In this document: piece after piece, positions 30,029 through 39,165 of the stretch
How the letters are laid out: every line of letters begins with the position of its first letter
Position numbering within the stretch: the first letter of the stretch is position 1
From: a virus
Length of the DNA stretch: 45,423 bases
Strand: one strand, 5' to 3'
Virus record (IMG/VR): IMGVR_UViG_3300033273_000525
Span: 1-45,423 of that record
The notes under the pieces: generated by a model
What the model was told of the DNA's origin: nothing
The model's input: the letters and a program-made list of their open reading frames with translations, nothing else
Databases searched by the model: none
Made by a program: the position numbers and the translations under genes

Positions 30029-33000
30029 CGCATTCCGATCCGGCTACGTTGCGACCTGCTGTTTTGCAGTGATTTCATCGTATTCGACTGACCCATCTGC
30101 GCACCACGCTTTGCAGATATAGCGCCCATTTCTCGAACTTGGTCGACTGTTGCGTACTCGACGCCGTTGATGACCGTGGTTTCCAGGCGGAATGTTGGGG
30201 TTGAGTCTGCGGTGTTGCTGGTGTTGTAGCGGCCCATGGCGGCACGGCTTGAGCTGTTGCTGGTCACATAACCGCCACCTGGAGTCATGGTGAGTAGCTC
30301 TGGGCCTTTTTCTCCAACCATGTATGTAGTACCAGGGCTGGTTGGTCCGCCGGTTGCAAGGCCCCTGTTTGAATACTGCTCGATTGAATCAACATCCAGA
30401 CCTTTACCTCCGCCACCGGCAGCGCCGAGTGCTTTGAGGATTGTCTGCAGAGCAATCATCACTAACTGTTTAGCAATAATCTCAGCAGCCATTTTGACGA
30501 AAGCCTCCCCGATAGTTTTAAACAGATCAGAGAGTGTTTCTTCGATAGTCTGTGCTCCAGTTACAAGGCTTGTCACCGCTGTCGAAATAGCGCTGCCCAT
30601 TGCTGTTTCAACAGATGTAGACAGCGAGACAATCATGCCCTGCGTGTCCGCTAGCTCTGCTCTTAATTCCTTAATTCGTTGCTTGATTTTTCCGGGGTTA
30701 CGTGCTTCTGCTGCAGCTATCGCAAGTTTGCGGTAAGCCTTAATTTGATCGTTAGTAACAAGAACGCCTTCGCGCTCCAGTCTTAAAATGTTGGCTTCTA
30801 CATCAAGTAAGTCACGTTGTAAACCATTTATTGTGTTTGATTTTTGTATTTGTAGTTCTAGTTCTTCGTTTAATAAAATACGGTTCTCTTCTAGTTTTTT
30901 CTCTGTTTCAATGAACTCCTTGTTTATGTTGAAGTTGTTTAGGTTGTTTTTAGCTGACTCTTCTTCTAGTTTTGCTTGACGTTCCAAGGGTTTTAAACCT
31001 TGGTTTCTTATTTTTGCTGTTTCGGCTGCATATCGAAGTGACTCTAGTTCGAGCGCTACGTCTCGCTTTTCTATAGGTGTTTGGCGGCTGAAAGGTGTAG
31101 GGTCGGGAACAGGCTGCGCAAGGAATACATCCTGGGCAAGCTTTGCTGAAATTTGGGCATCAGTAATCTTTCGCTGCAGTTCCAGCTGCGCTTTTTGGCG
31201 CTGTATGCGTAAATCATCTAGAGCTAACCTTTCACGAGCTACAGCTAGTGAGATTTTTTCTCTATTACCCTGTGCTTCAGCAGCCTCTAAACGAGTTTGT
31301 GAGAAGATTAACTGACGCGCAGCAATGTATGCTGCTTCATTAGTAAGATCGTTACCTGCTCGCGTTACAGCGATGCGCTTGTTGAGTAGGTCTAAGTTCT
31401 CTTTATTGAGTGTTTTTATGTTTTCAAGAGTGCTTGTGTCAATATCTGGGGTATTAGCATTGACAATGCCACGAGATAGTTCTGTTAGACGTTTCTCGTA
31501 AGCTTGGCGAGATTCGAAGGCTTCGCCAACGCTAGCTGTCTCCGTAGCAGCTTGTATTTGCGCTGCTTGGAAAGCTTGAGGGTCTAAATTTGCTGCAGCA
31601 CGTTGTATTTCAGAGCCAGTAATTGTGTTTACAAAGCTAGTAATTAAGTTTGCTACTACAATAATTGCAGGTGCAAGTTCAGAAAGAATAGTTACAAAAA
31701 GTTTCGCAGTAGCATCCTGCAGTTCGTCAAAAGCACTGTCGAGTTGGCGTAAGTTGTTGACCTGCTCTGCGCGAATACCAGTACGTTCCAGGACTAGCAG
31801 GAAGGCTTCGGTTGCTCGGCCTTCCTCTAGCAACAGTTGTACGCGCTTTTCAGTTGCGCTATCAACACTAAAACCGATTTGTTTAACTTGATTGAGTGTG
31901 TCGTCAACGCTGGAAAAAGCGTCGCCAAGATTTCTAGCGGATCCAACAAGGCGGTCAATTACAGAGCCGACCGCTGAAAGGCCAATGCTTAATTCAAAGC
32001 CGAGTTCTTTGCCGCCAAGCGCACCGCCGAGCGCACCACCAATGATTGAGCCTGGGCCGCCACCGAACAGGAGGGGGAAGCCGGCACCAACAATGCCTGC
32101 GCCTTGTGCTTTTCTTGCTGCCTGAAGTTCTTGCTTTGCCTTTCGAGCAACTTGATCCGCTGTACGCTTTGCCTCTTTAGCGTTTTTCGCTCTAAGTTTT
32201 CGTTGGTCGTTGAGCGTTTTGTTTACTAAATTTTCTTGACGATTTAATTTTTTAGCTTGAGCTTCTAAGAATTTAGGGCTACCAGGAATAGTCTCACTTC
32301 CTCTAATTGGAGAACGGGGGCCTGCAGTTGTTTTTGCGGCTTTGTTGATACGCTCGTAGTATTCGGCTTTCTTACGCAAAGCTTCGTCAGACCCCAGTAC
32401 GCTTTGAGGACGCAAGGGAGACGAAAGTGGTTTTATCGACTTGCGAATGCGTTCGTAGTATTCTGCTTTTTTGCGTAAAGCACTATCTGAGCCCAGTACG
32501 CTTTGCGGGCGCAAGGGGGATGAAAGTGGTTTAATTGACTTGCTAATACGTTCGTAATATGCCGCTTTTTGGCGCAAAGCTTCGTCCGAACCTAGAACGC
32601 TTTGGGGGCGCAAGGGGGACGAAAGCGGTTTTATTGATTTAGCAATGCGCTCGTAATACTGTGCTTTTTGCTTTAACGCTTGAGGCGTATCAAGAACTGT
32701 TCGAGCAGGAGCAGCAGATAAGGGGCTTGCGATTTGCCTACCCGGCTTGTTTAAAAATGTCGAGTACTTACGCTCTAAAACCTTTAGCTGTCTATCTAGT
32801 TTAGAAAACGTTTCTTTAGCAAGATCAGTCTGTTTTTCGCTGTTCTGCTCAATTAACTTACCTCTTGTTTTTTCTACTTTATTTAGTTCGGCAGTCGTTG
32901 CTCCAACGGCTCTCAAAGCTTCAAAACGCTTCCTTATTGACGTTAAAATTTTTGAGTTTGTTGCATTTTGTGCTCTGTCTGTTCTGTTAATTTCTCGGAG

Positions 33001-33393
33001 TGTCTGTAACTCCTTCTCTAAAGCAGCGTTTACACTATTTTGTATACCTAGCTTTTTTGGGAATTTTTGACTTACTTGAACAAGCTCTTCGACGCGCTCT
33101 TTACGCTCACCTTTTGCACCAGCGCGAGTTAAGTTCTTAAGTAAGGTTTCCTGCCTTTCTAAAGCGGCGTTAAGGCGAAGCTGCTTCTCAAGCTTTCGTT
33201 CTGCTGCTTTTACTTGGTCTTTTACCTCTTTCTTTGTCTTAGATACTTCTTGACTTGTCTCTGTTAAAACAGCTTTTTGAACTTTTGTGCGTGAACCGCT
33301 TAAGGCTTTAAGACGCTGCTCAAAATCTGCAAGCTCTTTGAACGCCTTTTGAGCATTAAGTAGCAGATTTACGCTGGCGTCGTAATTTGCCAC
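30025..33393 (-). CDS. Tape measure protein
   Basis: 1122 aa with a GTG start. Long coiled-coil/charged regions, internal 32-aa repeats, a Gly-rich hydrophobic core (GAGIVGAGFPLLFGGGPGSIIGG), and a position after the G/GT chaperone. Confidence 0.9.
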   Translation of the reverse strand: MANYDASVNLLLNAQKAFKELADFEQRLKALSGSRTKVQKAVLTETSQEVSKTKKEVKDQVKAAERKLEKQLRLNAALERQETLLKNLTRAGAKGERKERVEELVQVSQKFPKKLGIQNSVNAALEKELQTLREINRTDRAQNATNSKILTSIRKRFEALRAVGATTAELNKVEKTRGKLIEQNSEKQTDLAKETFSKLDRQLKVLERKYSTFLNKPGRQIASPLSAAPARTVLDTPQALKQKAQYYERIAKSIKPLSSPLRPQSVLGSDEALRQKAAYYERISKSIKPLSSPLRPQSVLGSDSALRKKAEYYERIRKSIKPLSSPLRPQSVLGSDEALRKKAEYYERINKAAKTTAGPRSPIRGSETIPGSPKFLEAQAKKLNRQENLVNKTLNDQRKLRAKNAKEAKRTADQVARKAKQELQAARKAQGAGIVGAGFPLLFGGGPGSIIGGALGGALGGKELGFELSIGLSAVGSVIDRLVGSARNLGDAFSSVDDTLNQVKQIGFSVDSATEKRVQLLLEEGRATEAFLLVLERTGIRAEQVNNLRQLDSAFDELQDATAKLFVTILSELAPAIIVVANLITSFVNTITGSEIQRAAANLDPQAFQAAQIQAATETASVGEAFESRQAYEKRLTELSRGIVNANTPDIDTSTLENIKTLNKENLDLLNKRIAVTRAGNDLTNEAAYIAARQLIFSQTRLEAAEAQGNREKISLAVARERLALDDLRIQRQKAQLELQRKITDAQISAKLAQDVFLAQPVPDPTPFSRQTPIEKRDVALELESLRYAAETAKIRNQGLKPLERQAKLEEESAKNNLNNFNINKEFIETEKKLEENRILLNEELELQIQKSNTINGLQRDLLDVEANILRLEREGVLVTNDQIKAYRKLAIAAAEARNPGKIKQRIKELRAELADTQGMIVSLSTSVETAMGSAISTAVTSLVTGAQTIEETLSDLFKTIGEAFVKMAAEIIAKQLVMIALQTILKALGAAGGGGKGLDVDSIEQYSNRGLATGGPTSPGTTYMVGEKGPELLTMTPGGGYVTSNSSSRAAMGRYNTSNTADSTPTFRLETTVINGVEYATVDQVREMGAISAKRGAQMGQSNTMKSLQNSRSQRSRIGMR
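32340..32695. repeat. 96-bp tandem repeat (about 3.5 copies) inside the tape measure gene
   Basis: Encodes YYERI.KSIKPLSSPLRPQSVLGSD.ALR.KA three times plus a partial copy. The DNA copies are diverged at wobble positions. Confidence 0.8.
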
Positions 33394-33422
33394 GGCCCGC
33401 CATTAAAGTCCTAGAAAACAGT

Positions 33423-33620
33423 CTAGCGACGACGTTTCATCTTATCCATTTCTTTTTGCTGCTCATCGTTTAGCACTTTAAAGTAGGCGCTCCAACCGAT
33501 GAGTTCTTCGGGGGTCATGGTGGCGCGAACTTGCGACAAGCTCATGCCTAGTTCTTTGGCAACGCCAAACTGAAGCATGAGCCAGTTGTCTTTGCGAAGT
33601 TCTGCGCTCAGGATTTTGGG
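33423..33620 (-). CDS. gpT-like -1 frameshift extension of the tail chaperone (the GT product would be about 178 aa)
   Basis: The -1 frame is open from the heptamer CCCAAAA (33620..33614) to TAG 33423..33425. It encodes KILSAELRKDNWLMLQFGVAKELGMSLSQVRATMTPEELIGWSAYFKVLNDEQQ and has no start of its own. Confidence 0.6.
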   Translation of the reverse strand, partial: PKILSAELRKDNWLMLQFGVAKELGMSLSQVRATMTPEELIGWSAYFKVLNDEQQKEMDKMKRRR

Positions 33621-33955
33621 TCCATGTCAGCGGCTTCGTCATCGGTAAGCACAGCCAGCATTAGTGCTTGCAGATCCTTGTCCTTAACTTCATGTTTTAG
33701 GACGTCAATCTCTCCTGCGCTAAAGAGGGTTTGACCGTCGGCATTTTGTGCTTTAGAAAGCAACAGCTGTAGTGCAAAAGCGTTGGCGTCGTCGGACTTG
33801 GCGTTCTTTTGAGCACGCTCGCGCTCTGCCATGGTCAGCGGCGTCACGTACATTTCGAATGTCGTTCCATCCGAGAGTTCGACTTCTTTTTTGACTGGTT
33901 CGAGGTTGGCTGCTTTACGGAGTTTGTCGATTGCACGCAGATTGCTGGCGGGCAT
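33608..33955 (-). CDS. Tail assembly chaperone (gpG-like)
   Basis: 115 aa, between the major tail protein and the tape measure. Ends GAC CCA AAA TCC TGA, which contains the slippery C_CCA_AAA. Confidence 0.8.
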   Translation of the reverse strand: MPASNLRAIDKLRKAANLEPVKKEVELSDGTTFEMYVTPLTMAERERAQKNAKSDDANAFALQLLLSKAQNADGQTLFSAGEIDVLKHEVKDKDLQALMLAVLTDDEAADMDPKS

Positions 33956-33993
33956 TTGAATTACAGATGTATGCGTTTAATGTAGCGGACTAG

Positions 33994-34024
33994 CAATAAA
34001 AAAGCCCCGGCGGATAACCGGGGC
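33994..34024 (-). terminator. Intrinsic terminator after the major tail protein gene
   Basis: GCCCCGG-N7-CCGGGGC followed by U6 on the minus strand. A T-rich tail is also present on the + strand. Confidence 0.7.
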
Positions 34025-34049
34025 TTTCGTTTGTGTGGTTTGTACCCTA

Positions 34050-34820
34050 TCAGGACTTGGCGAAGTCGAAGGTAGGAGTGGTGGTTGGGCGGAAGCTAAT
34101 TTCCACTGCCTGGGCGTCATCAGGGTTGATGGACAAGTTGGCGGAAATCAAGTTGGCTTCGAACTCGATGGAGCGGGACAGGGTGTTGTCGATGGAGCCA
34201 CCGGTGAACACCTGGTCCGTGTAAAGCTTGAACTTGGCACCAGTTTGGATGCGCTGCAGCACGTCCTCGACCATCCGGTTGCCCAGAGAATCGTCGGTGT
34301 CGGTGAAGTAGACGGTGGCGCTGCCTGAACCGTCGGCGAAACCGGCGATGAAGGTTTTGAACGGGACGTACTGACCGGGGGTTTTGCCGATCGTCGTCAC
34401 GTCAATCTCGTCGCGAGTGATTTCGAAAGACCACTCACGAACCTGTGAAACCGAGGTGAAATCGTCGTACTCAACCTGGAACTTGTTGGGGGCAGTTGCC
34501 GTACCAGCGTCGGTGAGATCGACAGCAGAACCGCCGTCAGTTGCTGAAACCTGCAGCACTCCGGTGCTGGCGGTGTAAGCGATGACGTAGTAGGTGGTGC
34601 CGGTTGAAAGGCCTGCAGGCAAGGTGCCGGTGCCGGCTCCGCCGGTGGTGGTGTTGACAACGCTGAACTGGACGGGGTCGCCGACCTTGAAGTTCAGAAA
34701 AGGAGCAACGGTAATGTCGTCACCGGTGGTATCAACATCGGTCGTTGCAAACTGGCCCAGGGTGCCAGCAGGTTTGTAATAGAGGGCACCTGAAGTGCCG
34801 GACAGAACGGTGGCGGCCAT
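34050..34820 (-). CDS. Major tail (tube) protein
   Basis: 256 aa, sitting between the neck genes and the chaperone/tape measure. Followed by a strong terminator. Confidence 0.8.
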   Translation of the reverse strand: MAATVLSGTSGALYYKPAGTLGQFATTDVDTTGDDITVAPFLNFKVGDPVQFSVVNTTTGGAGTGTLPAGLSTGTTYYVIAYTASTGVLQVSATDGGSAVDLTDAGTATAPNKFQVEYDDFTSVSQVREWSFEITRDEIDVTTIGKTPGQYVPFKTFIAGFADGSGSATVYFTDTDDSLGNRMVEDVLQRIQTGAKFKLYTDQVFTGGSIDNTLSRSIEFEANLISANLSINPDDAQAVEISFRPTTTPTFDFAKS

Positions 34821-34885
34821 TGGCGTACCAGAGAATGAGGTTTTCTGCGGGCACTGCCCGGCTTCTTATAGGATAGCTCTTGTTA

Positions 34886-35317
34886 TTAACTTAATACGGT
34901 CGCGTTATAGCCAGTCTCAATCCGCCCCATGAAATGCGGGGATGTTTCGTCGGCGGAAAATGTAGGGCCTTCAATATCTCCTACACGGAAAAACACTCCA
35001 GTGTTTGTTTTTGCTGTGTTGTTCAACGTCTCTAGTACGTCAACGGCTGTAGTTAGAAGCGTTTGATTACGCGCAGGACCTTGGCCTTTTTCCGTAAAAA
35101 CCCGGATAATTACCGCACCACGAGCGTTGTCGACGCTGCCGGTCAACGTTGACTCGTTAGTGATGCCGAAAGTCACGTTGACGCGGACGTACTCGGTAGT
35201 TGTATTGGGTGGTACGGCAGTGATGTTGTCGAAGTAAACCGGAACTGATGGCGTCAGGTTGTTAAACGCCGTCAGTAATGGGTTTTCAACTGCAGCGCGA
35301 ATAGCTTGGTAATCCAT
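34886..35317 (-). CDS. Tail terminator / tail completion protein
   Basis: 143 aa, immediately upstream of the major tail protein. Its N-terminus (IRAAVENPLLTAF...VPVYFDN) resembles tail-terminator families. Confidence 0.7.
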   Translation of the reverse strand: MDYQAIRAAVENPLLTAFNNLTPSVPVYFDNITAVPPNTTTEYVRVNVTFGITNESTLTGSVDNARGAVIIRVFTEKGQGPARNQTLLTTAVDVLETLNNTAKTNTGVFFRVGDIEGPTFSADETSPHFMGRIETGYNATVLS

Positions 35318-35871
35318 TAACCGAATCCTTGTGCTTTACCAAATCTAAGAGGTTGCTCAAAACCCTTTTTAAAGCCCTTAGCTAAAGACCTGCTTAAGCC
35401 GCCGCCTCTACCAAACGTAAACCACCAGTCAGGCGGTGCTGTACTAGTTGCAGTACCCGAACCACGTACGTCTCCGCGTGTCGCGCCTTCATAACGGGCA
35501 CCAGTTGTAATCTTTTTTGTGGTGACAAAACGGTTAGGTATTTCTTGTTCTGGGGACGGTTTTGTGTAAGGGACTAAGTCCATAGCCTCAGCGGCGTAAG
35601 AAGACGTATTAACGATTGAATAGACACCGGTAGTTTTGAATTTTGTTTTTGGAACATTCCTACGTGTGTAGGTGTAAAGGCCGCTGCTATTGCGGGGAGC
35701 ACCTGGAGATTTCCCAGGGGCAACTGTGTACCAAGAGGAAGAAAAATTGCCTGTATAAGCAGGGCCAGCTTCGACCAGTGAATTCATGATCTCTACTGCG
35801 GCTTCAGCAGCACCTTGAAGCGTTTGCGCTTTTAGATCACGGACCAAAAATTTTATGTCTCGGTTAGCCAT
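35317..35871 (-). CDS. Neck protein, HK97 gp10-like
   Basis: 184 aa. N-terminal ...LQGAAEAAVEIMNSLVEAGPAYTGNF pattern. Start/stop overlaps on both sides. Confidence 0.7.
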   Translation of the reverse strand: MANRDIKFLVRDLKAQTLQGAAEAAVEIMNSLVEAGPAYTGNFSSSWYTVAPGKSPGAPRNSSGLYTYTRRNVPKTKFKTTGVYSIVNTSSYAAEAMDLVPYTKPSPEQEIPNRFVTTKKITTGARYEGATRGDVRGSGTATSTAPPDWWFTFGRGGGLSRSLAKGFKKGFEQPLRFGKAQGFG

Positions 35872-36248
35872 TACTGGGGCCTCGCGATGACGGTGTGCAG
35901 GACTGGTTCTGCGCCGCGTTTGGTGTTGATGTCGATCAACTTTGCTTCGCGGGTTTCGCCTGCCTGTGTGTAGCGGATGCGGTCAGCTTGTTCTGGGTAG
36001 TAATCGCCAAGCTCTGCCGCACCAAAGATTACTTTCAGGTCCGTGGTTTGGTACAAACCCTCGTATTCGCTGGGGTTGACGTTTGTGATGACGGCTTTGA
36101 CCGTCACTGTGGTTTCGAAGTTGTTTACCGTTCCGGTGGTTGGGTTGTAGACAGAGGGCAACCCGGCTTTCACGTAAGTGATGTCTTGGCCCCAGTCGGC
36201 CAAAATGTCAGCTGGGATTGAGCCGAATACGTCGTCGATTAAAGCCAT
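35871..36248 (-). CDS. Head closure / head-tail adaptor protein
   Basis: 125 aa, in the connector gene run. Confidence 0.7.
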   Translation of the reverse strand: MALIDDVFGSIPADILADWGQDITYVKAGLPSVYNPTTGTVNNFETTVTVKAVITNVNPSEYEGLYQTTDLKVIFGAAELGDYYPEQADRIRYTQAGETREAKLIDINTKRGAEPVLHTVIARPQ

Positions 36249-36249
36249 G

Positions 36250-36780
36250 TCAACCTCGCTCTAAGCGCACCGCATAATTTGCGGCACCGGCCAAGGTGTA
36301 TGGACCGATATAGGTAGCGACCCAAGGAAACACGTCCAGAATGGTGTTGATCATGCCTGGGTTTTGGGAGTCAGTGTTGTACTTGACTTCCAAGTCGCCC
36401 AGTTTGACTTCCTCGTAGGTGCCATCAGTTCCCTTGCTGCCGGTTAGAGCGTTGGGGTTGTTGGCGAGCGCACGAGCCAGTTCGAAGGTGCCGACCTTCA
36501 CTTCGTCTGGAATGAAGGTGCATTTAAGTTCCACTCCATCGACTTTGTACTCTTTGCGGGGCCACTTGAGAGCTTGCGTGGTAGTGCAGCGTTCCCCGTA
36601 AAATTCAAAATCGTCAATAAAACGAGTTGCTGAAATAATCGCACGGTTCTTTTGATCGTCTGTTTTATTTACCCACGTAGAGTCGTCTGGTGTTGTTTCA
36701 AAGTATGCGTTTGCATCAGCCAATGTCACATAGCTGTTAGCTGATGCTCCTTGAAGAGTGGCGTCGATTGTTGCGGCCAC
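36250..36780 (-). CDS. Head-tail connector (gp6-like adaptor)
   Basis: GTG start. SANSYVTLADANAYF...DDQKNRAIISATRFID resembles gp6-like connector proteins. Confidence 0.75.
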   Translation of the reverse strand: MAATIDATLQGASANSYVTLADANAYFETTPDDSTWVNKTDDQKNRAIISATRFIDDFEFYGERCTTTQALKWPRKEYKVDGVELKCTFIPDEVKVGTFELARALANNPNALTGSKGTDGTYEEVKLGDLEVKYNTDSQNPGMINTILDVFPWVATYIGPYTLAGAANYAVRLERG

Positions 36781-36783
36781 GGC

Positions 36784-36966
36784 TTAATACCACCTTTGTT
36801 TGAGTTTAGCTCTGGTACGCCGTACTGGTTTAGGTAGCACACAGGCGTGATAAACCGTTCCGCCTGTTAGTTCGATTTGTGCTTGGTTTTCGCTTACTTC
36901 GTTAGCCGGGATGTCGATAAATCTTTTTGTATTATCCTTGAGAATGAACAACCGCACTAGGTCCAT
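36784..36966 (-). CDS. Possible small protein (60 aa)
   Basis: ATG ORF ending 3 nt before the connector gene. Its ATG overlaps the ATG of the divergent + strand HTH ORF within CATG at 36964..36967. Confidence 0.4.
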   Translation of the reverse strand: MDLVRLFILKDNTKRFIDIPANEVSENQAQIELTGGTVYHACVLPKPVRRTRAKLKQRWY

Positions 36967-37228
36967 GCCGCTTCGGAAAAGTGAGTCCCTTGGTACTAGC
37001 GTAAAGAAAGCTGAGACTCCGAAGGCTGAAAAGCCGCGTAAATTTGCGGATGTCGTTAAGGAGATTCATAAGCTTCGTAATCAGGGTAAAACCGTGCCTG
37101 AAATTGCAATCCAGCTCAAAGTCAGTTACACGATCGCTAATCAGGTGGTGTTGCGGTCTTACAAAATGACTGCCCGTGGTGAGGAAGTGTTCCAGCGGCA
37201 GGAAGAAATGCGCCTGGGACTTATTTGA
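36965..37228 (+). CDS. HTH protein encoded antisense to the late operon (87 aa; alternative start 36944)
   Basis: KFADVVKEIHKLRNQGKTVPEIAIQLKVSYTIANQVVLRSY is a clear HTH-like segment. It fills the gap between the capsid terminator and the connector genes. Confidence 0.5.
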   Translation: MPLRKSESLGTSVKKAETPKAEKPRKFADVVKEIHKLRNQGKTVPEIAIQLKVSYTIANQVVLRSYKMTARGEEVFQRQEEMRLGLI

Positions 37229-37230
37229 GG

Positions 37231-37256
37231 CAATAAAAAAGCCCCCTTTCGGGGGC
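37231..37256 (-). terminator. Intrinsic terminator after the major capsid gene
   Basis: GCCCCC-GAAA-GGGGGC followed by U6 AUUGCC on the minus strand. The hairpin also lies just after the stop of the + strand HTH ORF. Confidence 0.75.
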
Positions 37257-37283
37257 TCGTGGTCCAATTCCAACCGGAACTTA

Positions 37284-38393
37284 TCAGGAATAAGCGGTGG
37301 TGTCGAAGGGGGTGTTGACCAGGAGGCGCACGATGGGCACCATCTTGGTGGTTGCGAACACCAGGCCCCAGCTGCTGGTGTTAGCCAGGTTGCCGGAGGT
37401 TGCGGCGTTGGTGGGGTTGTCGCCAGCGGCGGCCCACTTGGTGCCGGTGATGTGGAAGCCGTAGTGGTAATCCACAGCCAGCACGTCCTGCATGGACAGG
37501 ATGTTGCGGTCGGCGGCGAGGCGCAGATCCTGTTGGATGCCCTCGGAAACGACGCCGGACTTGAACATGTAGACGGGGTACTTCACCGCATGGGTTGCGG
37601 TACCGCCGGCCAGATAGGTCAGTTGGTCGTCAATCACGACGCGCAGACCTGCGAAGGTGGCCACTTCTGGTTGTGTCACACCGACGCCACCGCCGCCCCA
37701 AGTCACTGCGCCAGATGCGGACAGTGCTGAGGTGCTGAAGGTCAGCATTCCGATCTGTTGCAGGTAGTAAGCAACAGCGGAGTGCATTGCGATGGTGTCG
37801 ATCTCTTCGCCACGCTCGCCCAGCAGGTTCTTGGCTTCAAGAACGTTGCCAACGGAGATGTAGTTGGCTTCGGCGGGGGTTGCACCAGCGACGGAAGCGT
37901 CGTACTGGTTGGCTCCGAGGACGCCGGCAGCGGTGATGCCGCCGAACAGACCCAGCAGTTGGGCCTTCAGGGTGGCAGTCTTCAGCTTGTTGATTGCTGC
38001 AGTCAGCTGGTTGCGGACGTGGCTGAGGGGGTCAGCGCCGGAACCCAGCTTGCTGAGGTCGTCTGCGGCATAACTGAAGCCGCGATGCAGCAGAGTCATA
38101 ATCTGCTCGTCAGCGCTGGTTCCCTGAGGAGTCAGGTAGCCTGCGCCGCCGGTGCCCCAGGTGGCGTTGCTGAGGATTTGCTCCTCAGTCGGGTTGATTG
38201 GATCGTGGAACGGCACGCGAACGCGGGTACCGCCGGCACGGGCATCCAGAGCGGCATTGCGCTGGATGATGCCGCTTTGAATCCACTTGGATTGCTCGAA
38301 AATGCCTTCAGACGTGTACTGAAGGAATTCGGGGCGCGTAACGAGGTCCGACAGGAATGTTCCGCCGGAATAGTTTTCAGAGATGGCAGCCAT
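37284..38393 (-). CDS. Major capsid protein
   Basis: 369 aa, directly after the scaffold-like gene and followed by a strong terminator. The composition is typical of HK97-fold coat proteins. Confidence 0.88.
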   Translation of the reverse strand: MAAISENYSGGTFLSDLVTRPEFLQYTSEGIFEQSKWIQSGIIQRNAALDARAGGTRVRVPFHDPINPTEEQILSNATWGTGGAGYLTPQGTSADEQIMTLLHRGFSYAADDLSKLGSGADPLSHVRNQLTAAINKLKTATLKAQLLGLFGGITAAGVLGANQYDASVAGATPAEANYISVGNVLEAKNLLGERGEEIDTIAMHSAVAYYLQQIGMLTFSTSALSASGAVTWGGGGVGVTQPEVATFAGLRVVIDDQLTYLAGGTATHAVKYPVYMFKSGVVSEGIQQDLRLAADRNILSMQDVLAVDYHYGFHITGTKWAAAGDNPTNAATSGNLANTSSWGLVFATTKMVPIVRLLVNTPFDTTAYS

Positions 38394-38437
38394 GACGGGC
38401 TCCTAAAAAAGGGTTTACGGCAGGCGTCCCACTAGGA

Positions 38438-39142
38438 CTATTTCCCGGCTTCAGCTTTAAGAATTCGAGCTTTGTCTGGATCCTTCGCGAGAAGAATCAT
38501 TTGCTCGGTGATGTTAAAGCTGTCTTTCAACCACGGGTTGGATTGGCCGGGAAGGGAGGTGGCGCGGGCACTGCCCGTAACACCCATTCCGGCAGTGTTA
38601 CTAGCTGCAAAATGATGCTCGTAGCCACTGCCAGGATTTTTCAGGTTGGCGACGTATTCCGCCACCGGGGTCTCAACACCGCCGACAACAGCCACAGGCT
38701 GACCGTCTTTGCTGCGGAGATTATCCTCTACCAGACGATACAGCTGATCAGGGGCAAGCGCACCAGCCGATGACAACTGGGAAAGCATATTTGAGCGCAG
38801 TTGTTCTTTCGAATACCCCTGCTTAATTTGCTCGACTTCGGCTTCTTTTTCGGCCAAAGTTTGCTTTAGGGACGAGATTGTGGTTTGTGCGTCGTCCCAG
38901 AGCGTTTTGTACTCACCGGATTCGGCTAGGCGGGCTTCCTCAGCTTTTTTCTTTTCGGTTTCGATGCTGGTTAGCTGCTGTTGCAGTTTTTCGCGGTTTT
39001 CCTTGTCTTTGCGGCGCTCGTTAATTAGCTCGGCGTTTTTTGCTTTCAGCGCGTCGAGTTGGCTTTGCAGGTCGTTGATGTCAGCCACAGGCTGGGCAGC
39101 CGCATTCTCCACAGGAGAAGTGGCTTGCTGTTCTTCAGACAC
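38438..39142 (-). CDS. Scaffolding protein
   Basis: 234 aa. Acidic N-terminus with a long coiled coil (LQSQLDALKAKNAELINERRKDKENREKLQQQL). Lies between the portal and capsid genes. Confidence 0.8.
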   Translation of the reverse strand: MSEEQQATSPVENAAAQPVADINDLQSQLDALKAKNAELINERRKDKENREKLQQQLTSIETEKKKAEEARLAESGEYKTLWDDAQTTISSLKQTLAEKEAEVEQIKQGYSKEQLRSNMLSQLSSAGALAPDQLYRLVEDNLRSKDGQPVAVVGGVETPVAEYVANLKNPGSGYEHHFAASNTAGMGVTGSARATSLPGQSNPWLKDSFNITEQMILLAKDPDKARILKAEAGK

Positions 39143-39165
39143 AGGAAAAGTTTAGTTAGACAATA

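Noticed and set aside
37176-38435. Long + strand ORFs (37176..37730, 37758..38435, 37864..38073) over the capsid gene
   Set aside because: They are antisense to a clear major capsid gene and have Gly/Ala/Val-rich low-complexity translations. These are typical shadow frames of a GC3-rich gene.
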